Positions 8,379 through 16,910 of a stretch of DNA of 47,517 nucleotides are shown piece by piece (position 1 is the first letter of the stretch; every line of letters begins with the position of its first letter). The DNA is from a virus. Lineage: Duplodnaviria; Caudoviricetes. Below the pieces are notes generated by a model. That model saw only the letters and a list, made by a program, of their open reading frames with translations. It had not been told where the DNA came from and searched no databases. Position numbers and translations under genes: made by a program. The stretch covers positions 1 to 47,517 of the IMG/VR virus record IMGVR_UViG_3300031976_000848. One strand, 5' to 3'.

Positions 8379-9295
8379 GCTGTTTCTCCTTCATACGTGT
8401 TCTGCGCGGCGGCCTTAAGAGCCATGCCGCGAGCCTCAACGGCCTCTTTGAATTGCCGGTGAACCTCGCGATCATTGGCTTGGCGAATTTCCTTCATGCC
8501 CTCAGTCCAAACTTGCTCAAGCGACTCAGTGCTTTCAGTTGCTACTACTTGATTGAGCAGCTTATTTGCTAGCTCCTGATTAAATGGGGGTGCCTGCGTC
8601 TCCTGCTCTTGAGCCAAGCCCTCGCCGGAATCTGTATTCAGGTAGTGAATTGCTTGCTCTAGTCGCTCAGTCTTGGGCCAATACTTGTAGGCGCGCTTAA
8701 CGACCGTCTTTTTGGCCATTTCGCCGTAGTCGGTTTTCCAGGGTGATGACTTGCCGGATTTGAACGACTGCGAGCGCTGCATTATCGAATCAATATCGGC
8801 CTTGCTCATGGTCGTGGTTAGGTAGTCACCGTCGCAGGTCTTTACGACCACATAAGCACCGACAACATCGCCCCGATTAGGATCGAAAGGACTGAATTTG
8901 TGCAGGGGGGCGCGGTCAATGCCGCTAAGCTCGAAGTGGTCGCTAGCATGGACAAGCTCAGCCTGTGCCCAGCGAATAGAGCCCGTACTGGTAGCCAGAT
9001 CAACAAGGCCCATGTAGCTAATATCAAGGCACACGCGGCCATCGCGCGGCACCAGATAGGCTTGCTTCTTTGCAGGGTTCAGGCTGATACCGATAGAGGC
9101 TGTGTTATTCACAGCGTTAACCAGCGACTGCCGGTTACTCATTGCAATCTTGGCTAGAAAGTCATTCGACTGCATAGCCTGAACAGCAAAGCCCGCCTCT
9201 CGGTCAAAGTTCAGGCTCGGCTCGCTAAGCACGGCAGCGAACGCGTCGCGCTGGGCGTAAATGTCTTCTGTCAGCGTTGCTATCGCATTGCTCAT
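8375..9295 (-). CDS. recT: RecT-family single-strand annealing protein
   Basis: GISLNP..QAYLVP, DISYMGL, SPWKTDYGEMAKKTVVKRAYKYWP. Confidence 0.93.
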   Translation of the reverse strand: MSNAIATLTEDIYAQRDAFAAVLSEPSLNFDREAGFAVQAMQSNDFLAKIAMSNRQSLVNAVNNTASIGISLNPAKKQAYLVPRDGRVCLDISYMGLVDLATSTGSIRWAQAELVHASDHFELSGIDRAPLHKFSPFDPNRGDVVGAYVVVKTCDGDYLTTTMSKADIDSIMQRSQSFKSGKSSPWKTDYGEMAKKTVVKRAYKYWPKTERLEQAIHYLNTDSGEGLAQEQETQAPPFNQELANKLLNQVVATESTESLEQVWTEGMKEIRQANDREVHRQFKEAVEARGMALKAAAQNTYEGETA

Positions 9296-9310
9296 TAGTT
9301 AATCTCCTGT

Positions 9311-9371
9311 TTGATCTTCTCGACGTGGATCTACGGCCTCTTACGTGTTCGCGCACGAAAGGGGCTTTTTT
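9311..9371 (+). ncRNA. Putative antisense RNA to the recT leader (sar-like)
   Basis: TTGCTA(9277)-17-TAATCT(9300) promoter spanning the recT start; ends in bulged hairpin 9336-9366 plus T6. Confidence 0.45.
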
Positions 9372-9726
9372 ATAGCGGCTGCCAGTGCGTCGGCTCGCCT
9401 TCGGCTAGAAACGTAGGGTCAGAAACGCACCACATCGCCCCAGGCTCTTGGCTGACCTCACCGATGCAATGCCCGCGCTCGTCATAGTCAGGCCGTGTAT
9501 CGCCCCATTTGAGCCATTTACCGGTGGTGATGCGGTCACCGCGGCGTAGCGCTATCTGCGCGCCATCGCGGGGCGCTGATTCGATAGAGGGCCAGGGGTT
9601 GAGTAGAGCCTCTAGCTCGTCATGGTCTTGCTGGCACAGGCTTTTGCTGTCTTTCGTTACCTGATAAACAGCCCTCCCGTCAGATTCTCGCCAGCCAGCG
9701 ACGCCAGTTGTTCGCCATTGATTCAT
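9370..9726 (-). CDS. Hypothetical protein with DUF551-like C-terminus
   Basis: WPSIESAPRDG...PTHWQPL motif. Confidence 0.75.
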   Translation of the reverse strand: MNQWRTTGVAGWRESDGRAVYQVTKDSKSLCQQDHDELEALLNPWPSIESAPRDGAQIALRRGDRITTGKWLKWGDTRPDYDERGHCIGEVSQEPGAMWCVSDPTFLAEGEPTHWQPL

Positions 9727-9744
9727 ACCGAACTCCGATAAAAA

Positions 9745-10056
9745 TTATTTGAATGAACTAGCACGCTCGCAGCGCTCCCGATCCACAAAGTTCCAGTAAC
9801 CGTCTTTGCAGTTTTTCTTACCTTTGCCTTTGGTACGCCCGTTAGAACAGAAAGCCTTGTGATAGGTGGTCTTTACGTGAAGGCGCTGACATGTCGGACA
9901 GCGGATAGTGGCGCCCACCTGTGCGCGTTGGGCGTCTTTGTAAAGTGCCAACATTCGTGAGCGATCATCTTCAACAGATTGCTCTCGCTCTTCGGCATCA
10001 AACTCGGCGCCTAAGTCGCTGTACTCTCGGTCTTGCATTGCCTGCGCTTCGCTCAT
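9745..10056 (-). CDS. Hypothetical Zn-binding protein
   Basis: CPTC...FCS...CKDGYWN. Confidence 0.7.
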   Translation of the reverse strand: MSEAQAMQDREYSDLGAEFDAEEREQSVEDDRSRMLALYKDAQRAQVGATIRCPTCQRLHVKTTYHKAFCSNGRTKGKGKKNCKDGYWNFVDRERCERASSFK

Positions 10057-10301
10057 AACTCACCTTCCTGAACCTTTTTGCTCCAAGCCTTCATCCAGCC
10101 GCGCACCGTGATATCTCTATCGTTAGCACGCAGATAGTCCTCAAGCTCCCACTTCATGAACTCGCTACGCACGTAGTCCATGAATGCGGCGACGGCTTCT
10201 TTATCGCCATCGTCCAGCGCCTCGATGGGCGTCATGCCTTGGTCTGGGTGCACCCCCACAACAGGGCGGGCGGCGTCTCTTAATGCGAGTGCTGCGTTCA
10301 T
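10053..10301 (-). CDS. Hypothetical protein
   Basis: ORF track; coupled within the operon. Confidence 0.65.
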   Translation of the reverse strand: MNAALALRDAARPVVGVHPDQGMTPIEALDDGDKEAVAAFMDYVRSEFMKWELEDYLRANDRDITVRGWMKAWSKKVQEGEL

Positions 10302-10304
10302 GGC

Positions 10305-10916
10305 TCATGCCTCCTCTTTGGCAGCGTCGTACTGCTGGATAGCCCACACCACGGCGTAGCAGCACCACAGGTAGTTGCTATTCCATTTCTTACAGTCGAC
10401 TTCCCAGAAGTCTTGAAACAGCTCTTTGTCCTCGAATGTGAAGTCAATCGCGGCTCGAATAGCTGAATATTCGTGTTCGCACTCGGTAAGAACAGAGATT
10501 TCAACGTCGCTCCAAGCCTCATCTTTTCTTTCGTCATCCCACTCATCTGTGGCTTGCTCGAACCACTCTTTGATCTTCGCTTCAAACTTCTCAGGCACCC
10601 ATTCACGGGTCAGATCGTCTGGTGCGACATGCGGGCCTGCCTGTAGCTTCTCTGCCCAGTAGCCAGGATTGATGCCTAGGTCGTCATTGCGAAAGAACTC
10701 GAACATGTCTTCGATTCGTTGGAAGACGTAGCAGCCCATGTCGCCGCTGATGCACAGGTAGCCCGGCCATGTCGTGATAAAGAAATGACGGTCACCGCTT
10801 TTTGGGCGTGCGCAGCGCAGGTGACGATGAAGGCCGTCATCGTGAATGACGGTTAACTGGTGCTCTCCAATGGTGTCTTGGAAGCGCTCCAGTGGTGTTT
10901 TTTGGATGGTTGTCAT
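10305..10916 (-). CDS. Conserved phage hypothetical protein
   Basis: DDGLHRHL, ITTWPGYLCISGDMG, INPGYWAEK, WCCYAVVWAIQQYD motifs recurrent in phage early proteins. Confidence 0.85.
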   Translation of the reverse strand: MTTIQKTPLERFQDTIGEHQLTVIHDDGLHRHLRCARPKSGDRHFFITTWPGYLCISGDMGCYVFQRIEDMFEFFRNDDLGINPGYWAEKLQAGPHVAPDDLTREWVPEKFEAKIKEWFEQATDEWDDERKDEAWSDVEISVLTECEHEYSAIRAAIDFTFEDKELFQDFWEVDCKKWNSNYLWCCYAVVWAIQQYDAAKEEA

Positions 10917-10917
10917 G

Positions 10918-11151
10918 TCACGCCTCCCATAGCTGCAAATGTGCTGGCTTCACGCCCTGCAACCGCTGCGCATACGCTGCTAGCCGTTTGCCGTTAAGGC
11001 GCTCTTGGTGGCTCGCTGGCTTATCCACAACGCAGCGTTTTGCTGGCGTGATGCGGATGACCGGCATGCGGCCGTACTGCTTAAGCAGGTCAACGACGCG
11101 TGTCTTTTCGTCTACTAGCTGCGTCACGCCGTCTTGTTTAATCGGGATCAT
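10918..11151 (-). CDS. Hypothetical protein
   Basis: ORF track; AAGGT SD. Confidence 0.6.
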   Translation of the reverse strand: MIPIKQDGVTQLVDEKTRVVDLLKQYGRMPVIRITPAKRCVVDKPASHQERLNGKRLAAYAQRLQGVKPAHLQLWEA

Positions 11152-11295
11152 GGCGGGTTACCTTTTTGATTAACTCAATGGGAAAGCCGCGACGCTTAGC
11201 TGCTCGCTTAGCATTTTTGCGGCTACAAAAAACGCCCAGATCAGGGCGTGGAATGATGTTGCTTTTTGGCTGCTCTCGCAGGATGAAACCGGATC

Positions 11296-11463
11296 TCATA
11301 GCTGCCAAACCTCCTGCAGTGAGCGCTCTAACGCCAAGTCAGCGCGCAACTGGTCGTTAACAAGCCGCAACCGGAAGCGCTCGGCATCCTTGTCTTGCGA
11401 TACCGGCCTGCGCTCTGTACGGCGCGTGATGGTGATGTGTTTGGTGTGGGCGGGCTTAGCCAT
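11296..11463 (-). CDS. Small basic hypothetical protein
   Basis: Start MAKPAH overlaps upstream stop; ends ERSLQEVWQL. Confidence 0.55.
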   Translation of the reverse strand: MAKPAHTKHITITRRTERRPVSQDKDAERFRLRLVNDQLRADLALERSLQEVWQL

Positions 11464-11761
11464 TTGCGCGCCCCAGTTGATCGATAAGAGCGTAGGCGCG
11501 CTCAACTGAATAACGTGCTAGCTGATCGTGGGAGTAATCATCATCACCATGCCTAGCCAACAAGCCCTGCAAAGCTTTCGCTGCAAAATCCTGCCGCCGC
11601 GCCTTCTCAATCAGCACGTCTAGCTCGGCATCGCCGCTCTCGGGTATGCGCAGGTCAATGCAGGCGCGCTCGCGTTTCGTAAAGCCAAGCGCCGAGTATT
11701 CAAGCACGCCATCGCCGTTTAGTTCGTATGTAGCATTTGCTGGTTGATCTAGATTTTTCAT
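11456..11761 (-). CDS. Hypothetical phage protein (GFTKRE...DFAAKALQGLLA)
   Basis: Common phage early-gene motif; GAGGTG SD. Confidence 0.8.
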   Translation of the reverse strand: MKNLDQPANATYELNGDGVLEYSALGFTKRERACIDLRIPESGDAELDVLIEKARRQDFAAKALQGLLARHGDDDYSHDQLARYSVERAYALIDQLGRANG

Positions 11762-11876
11762 AAATCACCTCTCATAGAATTAGGCGCGCCGCCTCGGCAA
11801 CTCTCACAGTGCCAGTGCGGTTAAGTTGGATTTTGAAGCGGCGCGGGCATGGCAGCTCAGCGAGAAGCCATGCCAT

Positions 11877-11901
11877 AAAAAAGCCCGCTGCTAGAGCGGG
11901 C
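11877..11901 (-). terminator. tL-like terminator
   Basis: GCCCGCT/AGCGGGC stem with A6 run. Confidence 0.75.
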
Positions 11902-12335
11902 AATGCCAGTTGCCAGTTACCGATTGATGCCGGGATTGGCATCGAGGAGCGCTCTAGGCTTCACCCTCACTTCGCATAAGCGGCTATGGGCAAACAGCTA
12001 AAACGCTCGTCGATGGCTCGCAGATAAGCGCTGCGAGCGCCGCTGATGCACCGCCTTACTTCTTACACCGCCTGGTTAAAGTCGTTGGGTTTTGGTGCAT
12101 CAATATGCCGCCTGGGCCTCTACCCGCTATCCCTAGCAGACAGCAAGCGACATATGGATGCTGGCTCTATTCTCAGCCGAGCCAGCAGGCTACAAACCGC
12201 ACTGCGTGGCGGATCACGATCATTTTCCCGAGGCCGGGAAGATGATGGCCAGCGTTATCTCTCCACTAGGCTGGCGTTGGATACCCATCTCTGGCCGTGG
12301 CGGTTCTACCCGTTGGAGCGTTTGATGGGAGCAAA

Positions 12336-12347
12336 TTGTTAAAGAAC
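12336..12347 (-). promoter_or_regulatory. boxA antitermination element
   Basis: Minus strand GTTCTTTAACAA, one mismatch from boxA consensus GCTCTTTAACAA, in the pL transcript. Confidence 0.7.
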
Positions 12348-12381
12348 TCCACATTGCCCGGTGGTGCGGGTCGTGCTGCTA

Positions 12382-12753
12382 CTAGGCGATCATCTGAACC
12401 ATTTCCGCCTTTCGGGCGATGCGAGTCTTGCCACTGCGGCGCATCGCATCGTCTGAGCCTGTGAGTATTGCTACTGATAGCAGCGCGCACATGGCGATCT
12501 TCCCTGCGTATCGAATCCATCCTTTGGCCTGGGCCTTCGCTACGGCGGCAGTGCCTCTGCTGACGCCTAGGCGGTGGTAGGCTCGTTTCAGCCCTTTGCT
12601 TACCGTTTCCGGTGAGCGCCCCAGTTGCCTGGCTACTTCCTTGTGGGTCATTCCGTTGGCAACGCGGATCAGATAGTTGGCCTCCATCTCTGTCAGTCCT
12701 GTGCCGCGCATCGGGTCTACCGTTGCCGCCCAATCACCGAATGAGATTTCCAT
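12382..12753 (-). CDS. LuxR/GerE-type HTH protein, first gene of the pL operon
   Basis: LTEMEANYLIRVANGMTHKEVARQLGRSPETV; start reassigned downstream of pL (AGGAAG SD). Confidence 0.85.
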   Translation of the reverse strand: MEISFGDWAATVDPMRGTGLTEMEANYLIRVANGMTHKEVARQLGRSPETVSKGLKRAYHRLGVSRGTAAVAKAQAKGWIRYAGKIAMCALLSVAILTGSDDAMRRSGKTRIARKAEMVQMIA

Positions 12754-12786
12754 GCCGTTGCTTCCTGTCTGCGTTGTGTGGATATA

Positions 12787-12855
12787 AATATCACGCATTG
12801 TGTTTTATTTGTCAAACACGTTTTGTGGTTTATTTTGAAATAAACGTTATGTGGT
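12787..12855 (-). promoter_or_regulatory. pL promoter with three OL operators
   Basis: TTGACA(12815-12810)-17-GATATT; 15-bp sites ATCACGCATTGTGTT (12790), AACACGTTTTGTGGT (12815), TAAACGTTATGTGGT (12841). Confidence 0.8.
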
Positions 12856-12898
12856 TGAAAAGCTGTGATAAAAAATATTGTTGCTAGGTGGGATTTTT

Positions 12899-12932
<34 letters not shown>

Positions 12933-12952
12933 AATATCTGCAATGCGGGAAT

Positions 12953-13261
12953 CTAGGCGGGTTCAGGCTCGTGCTTATCATTCGGCACAAGATTCATCTC
13001 AATATGCATGCCTAGCGCTTCGGCTGCTTTTGCCATAGTGCTCAGGGTAACGGAGGCGTCATCCTGGTCAAGCAGGCGATCAAGAGCAGAGCGGCTAGTC
13101 TTCATCCTGCCAGCCATCTTTGACTTTGAGATGCGGCGCTCCTCCATTTCCTGGTGGATCTGCCATGCGAGCACCTTCTTGATGGCGTGAGCCTGCGTCT
13201 CATGAAAGAGATGCTCATCAACCAGAAAGTCGTCAAAACTTGAACCTACGTGCTTATTCAT
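12953..13261 (-). CDS. XRE-HTH antitoxin (HigA-like)
   Basis: HVGSSFDDFL, ISKSKMAGRMKTSRSALDRLLD, VTLSTMAKAAEALG. Confidence 0.88.
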   Translation of the reverse strand: MNKHVGSSFDDFLVDEHLFHETQAHAIKKVLAWQIHQEMEERRISKSKMAGRMKTSRSALDRLLDQDDASVTLSTMAKAAEALGMHIEMNLVPNDKHEPEPA

Positions 13262-13650
13262 AAATACCCCTTCCGAGCTTGCTTAAGGCGCTTCTTGGCG
13301 GTCTTAAGTTCCTCAGGTGGCGTCTCCTGGGATTTCTTCACGAACCCATGAAGAAGAAGCATTTCTTCATCCAGGATAGTGAATAAAACCCGCGCTATAC
13401 GCTTATCTGAAATGTTAAACCTGACTTCCCATAGGTCGGTATCGAGCTTCCTGACCAGTGGCATACCAATAGGCCAGCCCCATTGCACTTCCGCAATAGC
13501 GTTGCCGATAGATAGCATGTCTGGGCGGTCAAAGCTTTTGATCCACTCGCGAACAGGCTCTCTACCTGCCTCTGTTTGGAAAAAGCGCGCCTGTAGCCTC
13601 TGGCGATCCGCCTCTTCTATGAGTGTACTTATTTTGGTACTGTTCGGCAA
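13258..13650 (-). CDS. RelE/HigB-family (Gp49/DUF891-like) toxin
   Basis: GREPVREW, GWPIGMPLVRKL, LWEVR, LLHGFVKKSQETP; toxin-first order with ATGA overlap. Confidence 0.9.
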   Translation of the reverse strand: MPNSTKISTLIEEADRQRLQARFFQTEAGREPVREWIKSFDRPDMLSIGNAIAEVQWGWPIGMPLVRKLDTDLWEVRFNISDKRIARVLFTILDEEMLLLHGFVKKSQETPPEELKTAKKRLKQARKGYL

Positions 13651-13716
13651 GGCGCCTCCTCGCTATTTTTATCGTGACGCTGAAAGGGAGAGCTACCCCT
13701 CTCTAGGCGTCCTCAG

Positions 13717-14382
13717 TCATCTAAGGCTGCGCTTCATCTCAACAGCGACGCCCAGGATTCGACACCCGGCTTTTTGACAGTCAAGCACTGGATAAGCTGG
13801 GTTTAGGGGCTTTAGGTAGCGCTGACCACCATCAATTACCAGCTTCTTGAAAGTCGCTTCTTCACTGTCGTCAATTTGGGCAACAACTAAGCTGCCGTTT
13901 TCAGCCTCAATGCCAGTATCAATGAGGATCATCATCCCTTGTGGCACGCTTTCGCCAACACTGGCAGTCATAGAGTCGCCTTTAACCTCAAGCCAGAAAG
14001 CATCACCCTTGGCGCGGTAGTCCGTCATGTGGTAGCGATCTTCGCAGCCTGGCGTAAATGGATTCAACGCCTCTGCCCAATTGCCAGCTTTAACCCAGCT
14101 AATAACGGGATAGCGGTAATGGCTATCGGGCTGGCGAACCATGCGAACGTTGCTATCTTCGCTTTTCTGCTGACCGCCATCCCCAGTCCATATCCAAGAT
14201 TCAGAGACATTCAAAGCCTTTGCGATAGCTGCAATATCACCGCTCTTAGGCTCTCTCAGGTCGCGCTCATAGTTGGACACTCGCCCCTGGGAGTTCCAGC
14301 CGCAAGCCTTGGCTAATTGAGGCTGAGTCATCTCGGCGCGAATCCTGGCTTCCTTGATCCTGCTGCCAATCGTTCCTGCCAC
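13717..14382 (-). CDS. cI: CI-like repressor (XRE HTH + S24 peptidase); alternative start 14412
   Basis: RIKEAR..MTQPQLAKACGW..VSNYE HTH, VKAG cleavage site, GDSM and TFKKL catalytic Ser/Lys. Confidence 0.95.
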   Translation of the reverse strand: MAGTIGSRIKEARIRAEMTQPQLAKACGWNSQGRVSNYERDLREPKSGDIAAIAKALNVSESWIWTGDGGQQKSEDSNVRMVRQPDSHYRYPVISWVKAGNWAEALNPFTPGCEDRYHMTDYRAKGDAFWLEVKGDSMTASVGESVPQGMMILIDTGIEAENGSLVVAQIDDSEEATFKKLVIDGGQRYLKPLNPAYPVLDCQKAGCRILGVAVEMKRSLR

Positions 14383-14451
14383 GTTACCGCCCCTATTGCT
14401 GACTAATTTCATGCCCGTAACCCCTGCTGAGGTTGGTCTATGAGCATTATC

Positions 14452-14516
14452 AACACGGAACGTGTTAAGCGCACTCGACTTTTTGTGATTTACAGAACCA
14501 CGATTTGTGATATTCT
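14452..14516 (+). promoter_or_regulatory. OR operators and pR promoter
   Basis: AACACGGAACGTGTT (14452), TCGACTTTTTGTGAT (14475), ACCACGATTTGTGAT (14497) share the OL consensus AnCACGnnnTGTGnT; TTTACA...TGATATTCT promoter. Confidence 0.8.
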
Positions 14517-14542
14517 TAGACGAAACACATTGAGGTAACGCA

Positions 14543-14752
14543 ATGGACATTCGTTCTCTCCGGATCAAGGCAGATATGACCCAGCGAGAGCTAGGTGAAG
14601 CCTGTGGTCTTGGGCAGTCCGCTATCGGTAACTACGAGGCTGGTTTACGCACCCCTAGCATCGACGTAGTTCAGCGGATTGTTGGGGCGGTTCGTGCGAA
14701 GGGCGTGGACGTGTCCATTGAGGACATCTTCAAGTTCGGAACCGCTGCATAA
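14543..14752 (+). CDS. cro: Cro-like repressor
   Basis: Small XRE HTH divergent from cI; GAGGT SD. Confidence 0.9.
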   Translation: MDIRSLRIKADMTQRELGEACGLGQSAIGNYEAGLRTPSIDVVQRIVGAVRAKGVDVSIEDIFKFGTAA

Positions 14753-14833
14753 CCCAATGATAGGCGAACCGATGGTTCGAAACATCGCCCCCGATAGGGC
14801 TGTTCGGAATTACAGGTAGGTGGGCAAACGCCC

Positions 14834-14897
14834 AAAACGAAAAGCCCGGCGCTGCTGGGGAGCATTTGCCGGGCTTTAAATCAACATCACTTGGATA
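14834..14897 (-). ncRNA. Putative antisense RNA to the T5orf172 gene leader (sar/OOP-like)
   Basis: Minus-strand TAGACA(14932)-17-CATAAT(14909) overlapping the ATG; ends in AAAGCCCGGC/GCCGGGCTTT hairpin plus T-run. Confidence 0.5.
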
Positions 14898-14906
14898 GGA
14901 AACATT

Positions 14907-15335
14907 ATGGCTAACGAATTTGGATTTGTCTACGTGCTGCAAAATGACTGCATGAACGGCACTTACAAGATTGGCATGACTGATCGGTCGCCAAGCCAGC
15001 GCGCCAAAGAGTTATCGCGTGATACTGGCGTGCCTATGCCTTACGAAGTTGCTTTTTACGCAGAGGTCGAAAGCCCTAGAAAAGCAGAGGCGATGCTGCA
15101 TGAGCGTTTTTTGAAGAACCGAATCAACCTCTCTCGGGAATATTTCCGCGTTCCTTTAGGCGAAATACTAGACGTAATTATAAACGAGCTAGACGCGGTA
15201 ACTTGGTATGAGTCCGACCTAGCTATTGAAGCTCTTAACCCCGGTAGCGTATTCCCGCATCGCCCTCTCTACTTTGAGTCCACTCTTCACGACCAAGGTT
15301 ATTTGCTTCGCCTGGGTAAGGAGAATGTGGCATGA
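14907..15335 (+). CDS. T5orf172/GIY-YIG family protein
   Basis: GFVYVL..YKIGMT..RAKELS..TGVP..EYF. Confidence 0.88.
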   Translation: MANEFGFVYVLQNDCMNGTYKIGMTDRSPSQRAKELSRDTGVPMPYEVAFYAEVESPRKAEAMLHERFLKNRINLSREYFRVPLGEILDVIINELDAVTWYESDLAIEALNPGSVFPHRPLYFESTLHDQGYLLRLGKENVA

Positions 15336-16531
15336 CTTCCCTCGCAAGAATAGCTGACCACGACCGCTATGAGCTTCGCGAAATACCTAAGCCTGAGGGC
15401 AAGGGGGCCCAGTTGGAAGATGGTTATGTGCGCACAGCTACCGCCATCGTTGAAGCCTTTGCTAAAGCCCCTCTAACTAGCCGTGAAGCCCGCGTAATTC
15501 GAGCTGTAGAGCGCGCCACCTTTGGATGGCAGCGTTCATCTGCGCGCCTATCTCAAGAGGCTTTAGCGAAGATGACGGGGCTTACTCCTAAGCGCTGTAG
15601 CGAATCCGTCAATGGACTTATACGGAAGAAAGTTTTGTTTCGTGATGGTGGTAGCAGGTCTCCCATTGGCATAAATACGAAAGTTACAGAATGGAACTTT
15701 GAGCCAGCAAAAGCACGAGTGACCCCAAAACAGCCAGACTCTCCAAAATGGGGTCAACGACCCCAAGATGGGGTCACTGAGCGTCCCCAAGATAGGGACA
15801 CATATAAAGATAGTAAAGATACTTTAGAACCTAAAGGTTCTAAGTCTACGTCCAAGAAATCCTCTCCGAAGAAATGGGGCGAAGAAATCGACCATGAGCT
15901 TGCTGAGTTCATGTTCTCGACTTTGACCGCTCACCTGACAAACCCAAAGCGCAAAAGCATGACTGCCTGGGCAAACGAAATTCGCCTGATGCGCACCATC
16001 GACCAGAGAAGGCCCGATCAAATTCGCTACCTGTGCAACTGGATTGCTCGGGATGGCTTTTGGCGCGGCAACGTGATGTGCCCCGCCAAGCTCCGCGAAA
16101 AATGGGATCAGCTCGAATCGAAAGTAATCGCCTACAAGGAATCTCGCCATGCCAACCGCCCAGGAACTGACGAAAAGCGCGCTAACCAAGATCGAGTCGC
16201 AGCAATGCTCTCCGACCCAAACGACACAAGCTGGATCGAGGGGCTCTTCGACGAAGAATCAGGAGATTTGGGGGCTGGTCAACCGGGCGTTCACTCGACT
16301 GGAGGCGATCTACCCCAGGACGTGGAGAACGGCATTTTCGACACCGGACATGGTGAAGCTGGCGAAGCGGGAAGTGGGTATATCGATGGCGAAGTGGTCG
16401 ACGCTGCCGACGACCAAGAGCCTGGACGCAGCACTGGAGCGGATCAAGGACGAGGGCGGCGAGTGGCCTCCGAGCGTGGCGAGGCTGATTTCGAGCATGA
16501 AGCCGAAGCCGGAGGATTTTGGAATGCCTAG
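15332..16531 (+). CDS. Replication initiator (lambda O-like)
   Basis: AQLEDGYVR N-domain, iteron-containing middle, DGFWRGNVMCPAKLREKWDQL C-domain. Confidence 0.9.
   Translation: MTSLARIADHDRYELREIPKPEGKGAQLEDGYVRTATAIVEAFAKAPLTSREARVIRAVERATFGWQRSSARLSQEALAKMTGLTPKRCSESVNGLIRKKVLFRDGGSRSPIGINTKVTEWNFEPAKARVTPKQPDSPKWGQRPQDGVTERPQDRDTYKDSKDTLEPKGSKSTSKKSSPKKWGEEIDHELAEFMFSTLTAHLTNPKRKSMTAWANEIRLMRTIDQRRPDQIRYLCNWIARDGFWRGNVMCPAKLREKWDQLESKVIAYKESRHANRPGTDEKRANQDRVAAMLSDPNDTSWIEGLFDEESGDLGAGQPGVHSTGGDLPQDVENGIFDTGHGEAGEAGSGYIDGEVVDAADDQEPGRSTGADQGRGRRVASERGEADFEHEAEAGGFWNA
15737..15843. repeat. Replication origin iterons plus AT-rich palindrome
   Basis: CTCCAAAATGGGGTC, GACCCCAAGATGGGGTC (15759-15775), GTCCCCAAGATAGGGAC (15783-15799), then TTAGAACCTAAAGGTTCTAA. 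Confidence 0.75.
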
Positions 16532-16910
16532 CATCGAGATTGCGTTCAACGAGGCGATTCAAAACAGCCAGAACCCTGGAAGCCACAATTGGGCCCATGC
16601 CGCCGTTCGTGAGGCTGGCCGAGCTACAGGTTGGTTTGATCTTGCCCAGGCGAGCAGCGAAACCCGCATTCGCGCCCTGCGTTCGATCTTTAGCAAACAC
16701 TACCTTGCCGTGGTTAACCGCGTGATGGCAGGCGGTGAAGTCGAGGAGCGCGCCCTGGTTGGGCATGACGGCCAGCTAAGCGCTGCGCAGATTGCAGAGC
16801 GCAATGGTCGCGAGCAAGCCGCCGCCCAGGCCGAGGAGCGTTTCGGTCGCCGTATGTCAGGCGAGCAGGGTATTGCCGCGCTTAAAGGCGTGTTGCGGGG
16901 TGCGTTATGA
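16149..16910 (+). CDS. Replication protein P-like (helicase loader)
   Basis: FTRLEAIYPRTW, AKRE, WPPSVARL, FGMPS, WAHAAV motifs; AAGGA SD. Confidence 0.85.
   Translation: MPTAQELTKSALTKIESQQCSPTQTTQAGSRGSSTKNQEIWGLVNRAFTRLEAIYPRTWRTAFSTPDMVKLAKREVGISMAKWSTLPTTKSLDAALERIKDEGGEWPPSVARLISSMKPKPEDFGMPSIEIAFNEAIQNSQNPGSHNWAHAAVREAGRATGWFDLAQASSETRIRALRSIFSKHYLAVVNRVMAGGEVEERALVGHDGQLSAAQIAERNGREQAAAQAEERFGRRMSGEQGIAALKGVLRGAL

Noticed and set aside
11770-12380. Phage tRNA genes, or ORFs 12046-12342 and 12266-12733
   Set aside because: No cloverleaf or T-loop found; the ORFs lack SDs and plausible composition
12754-12798. Upstream start of the LuxR-type gene
   Set aside because: It lies within pL/OL1, upstream of the predicted transcription start
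14383-14568. Long N-terminal extension of cI in the ORF track
   Set aside because: It runs through the OR operators and into cro
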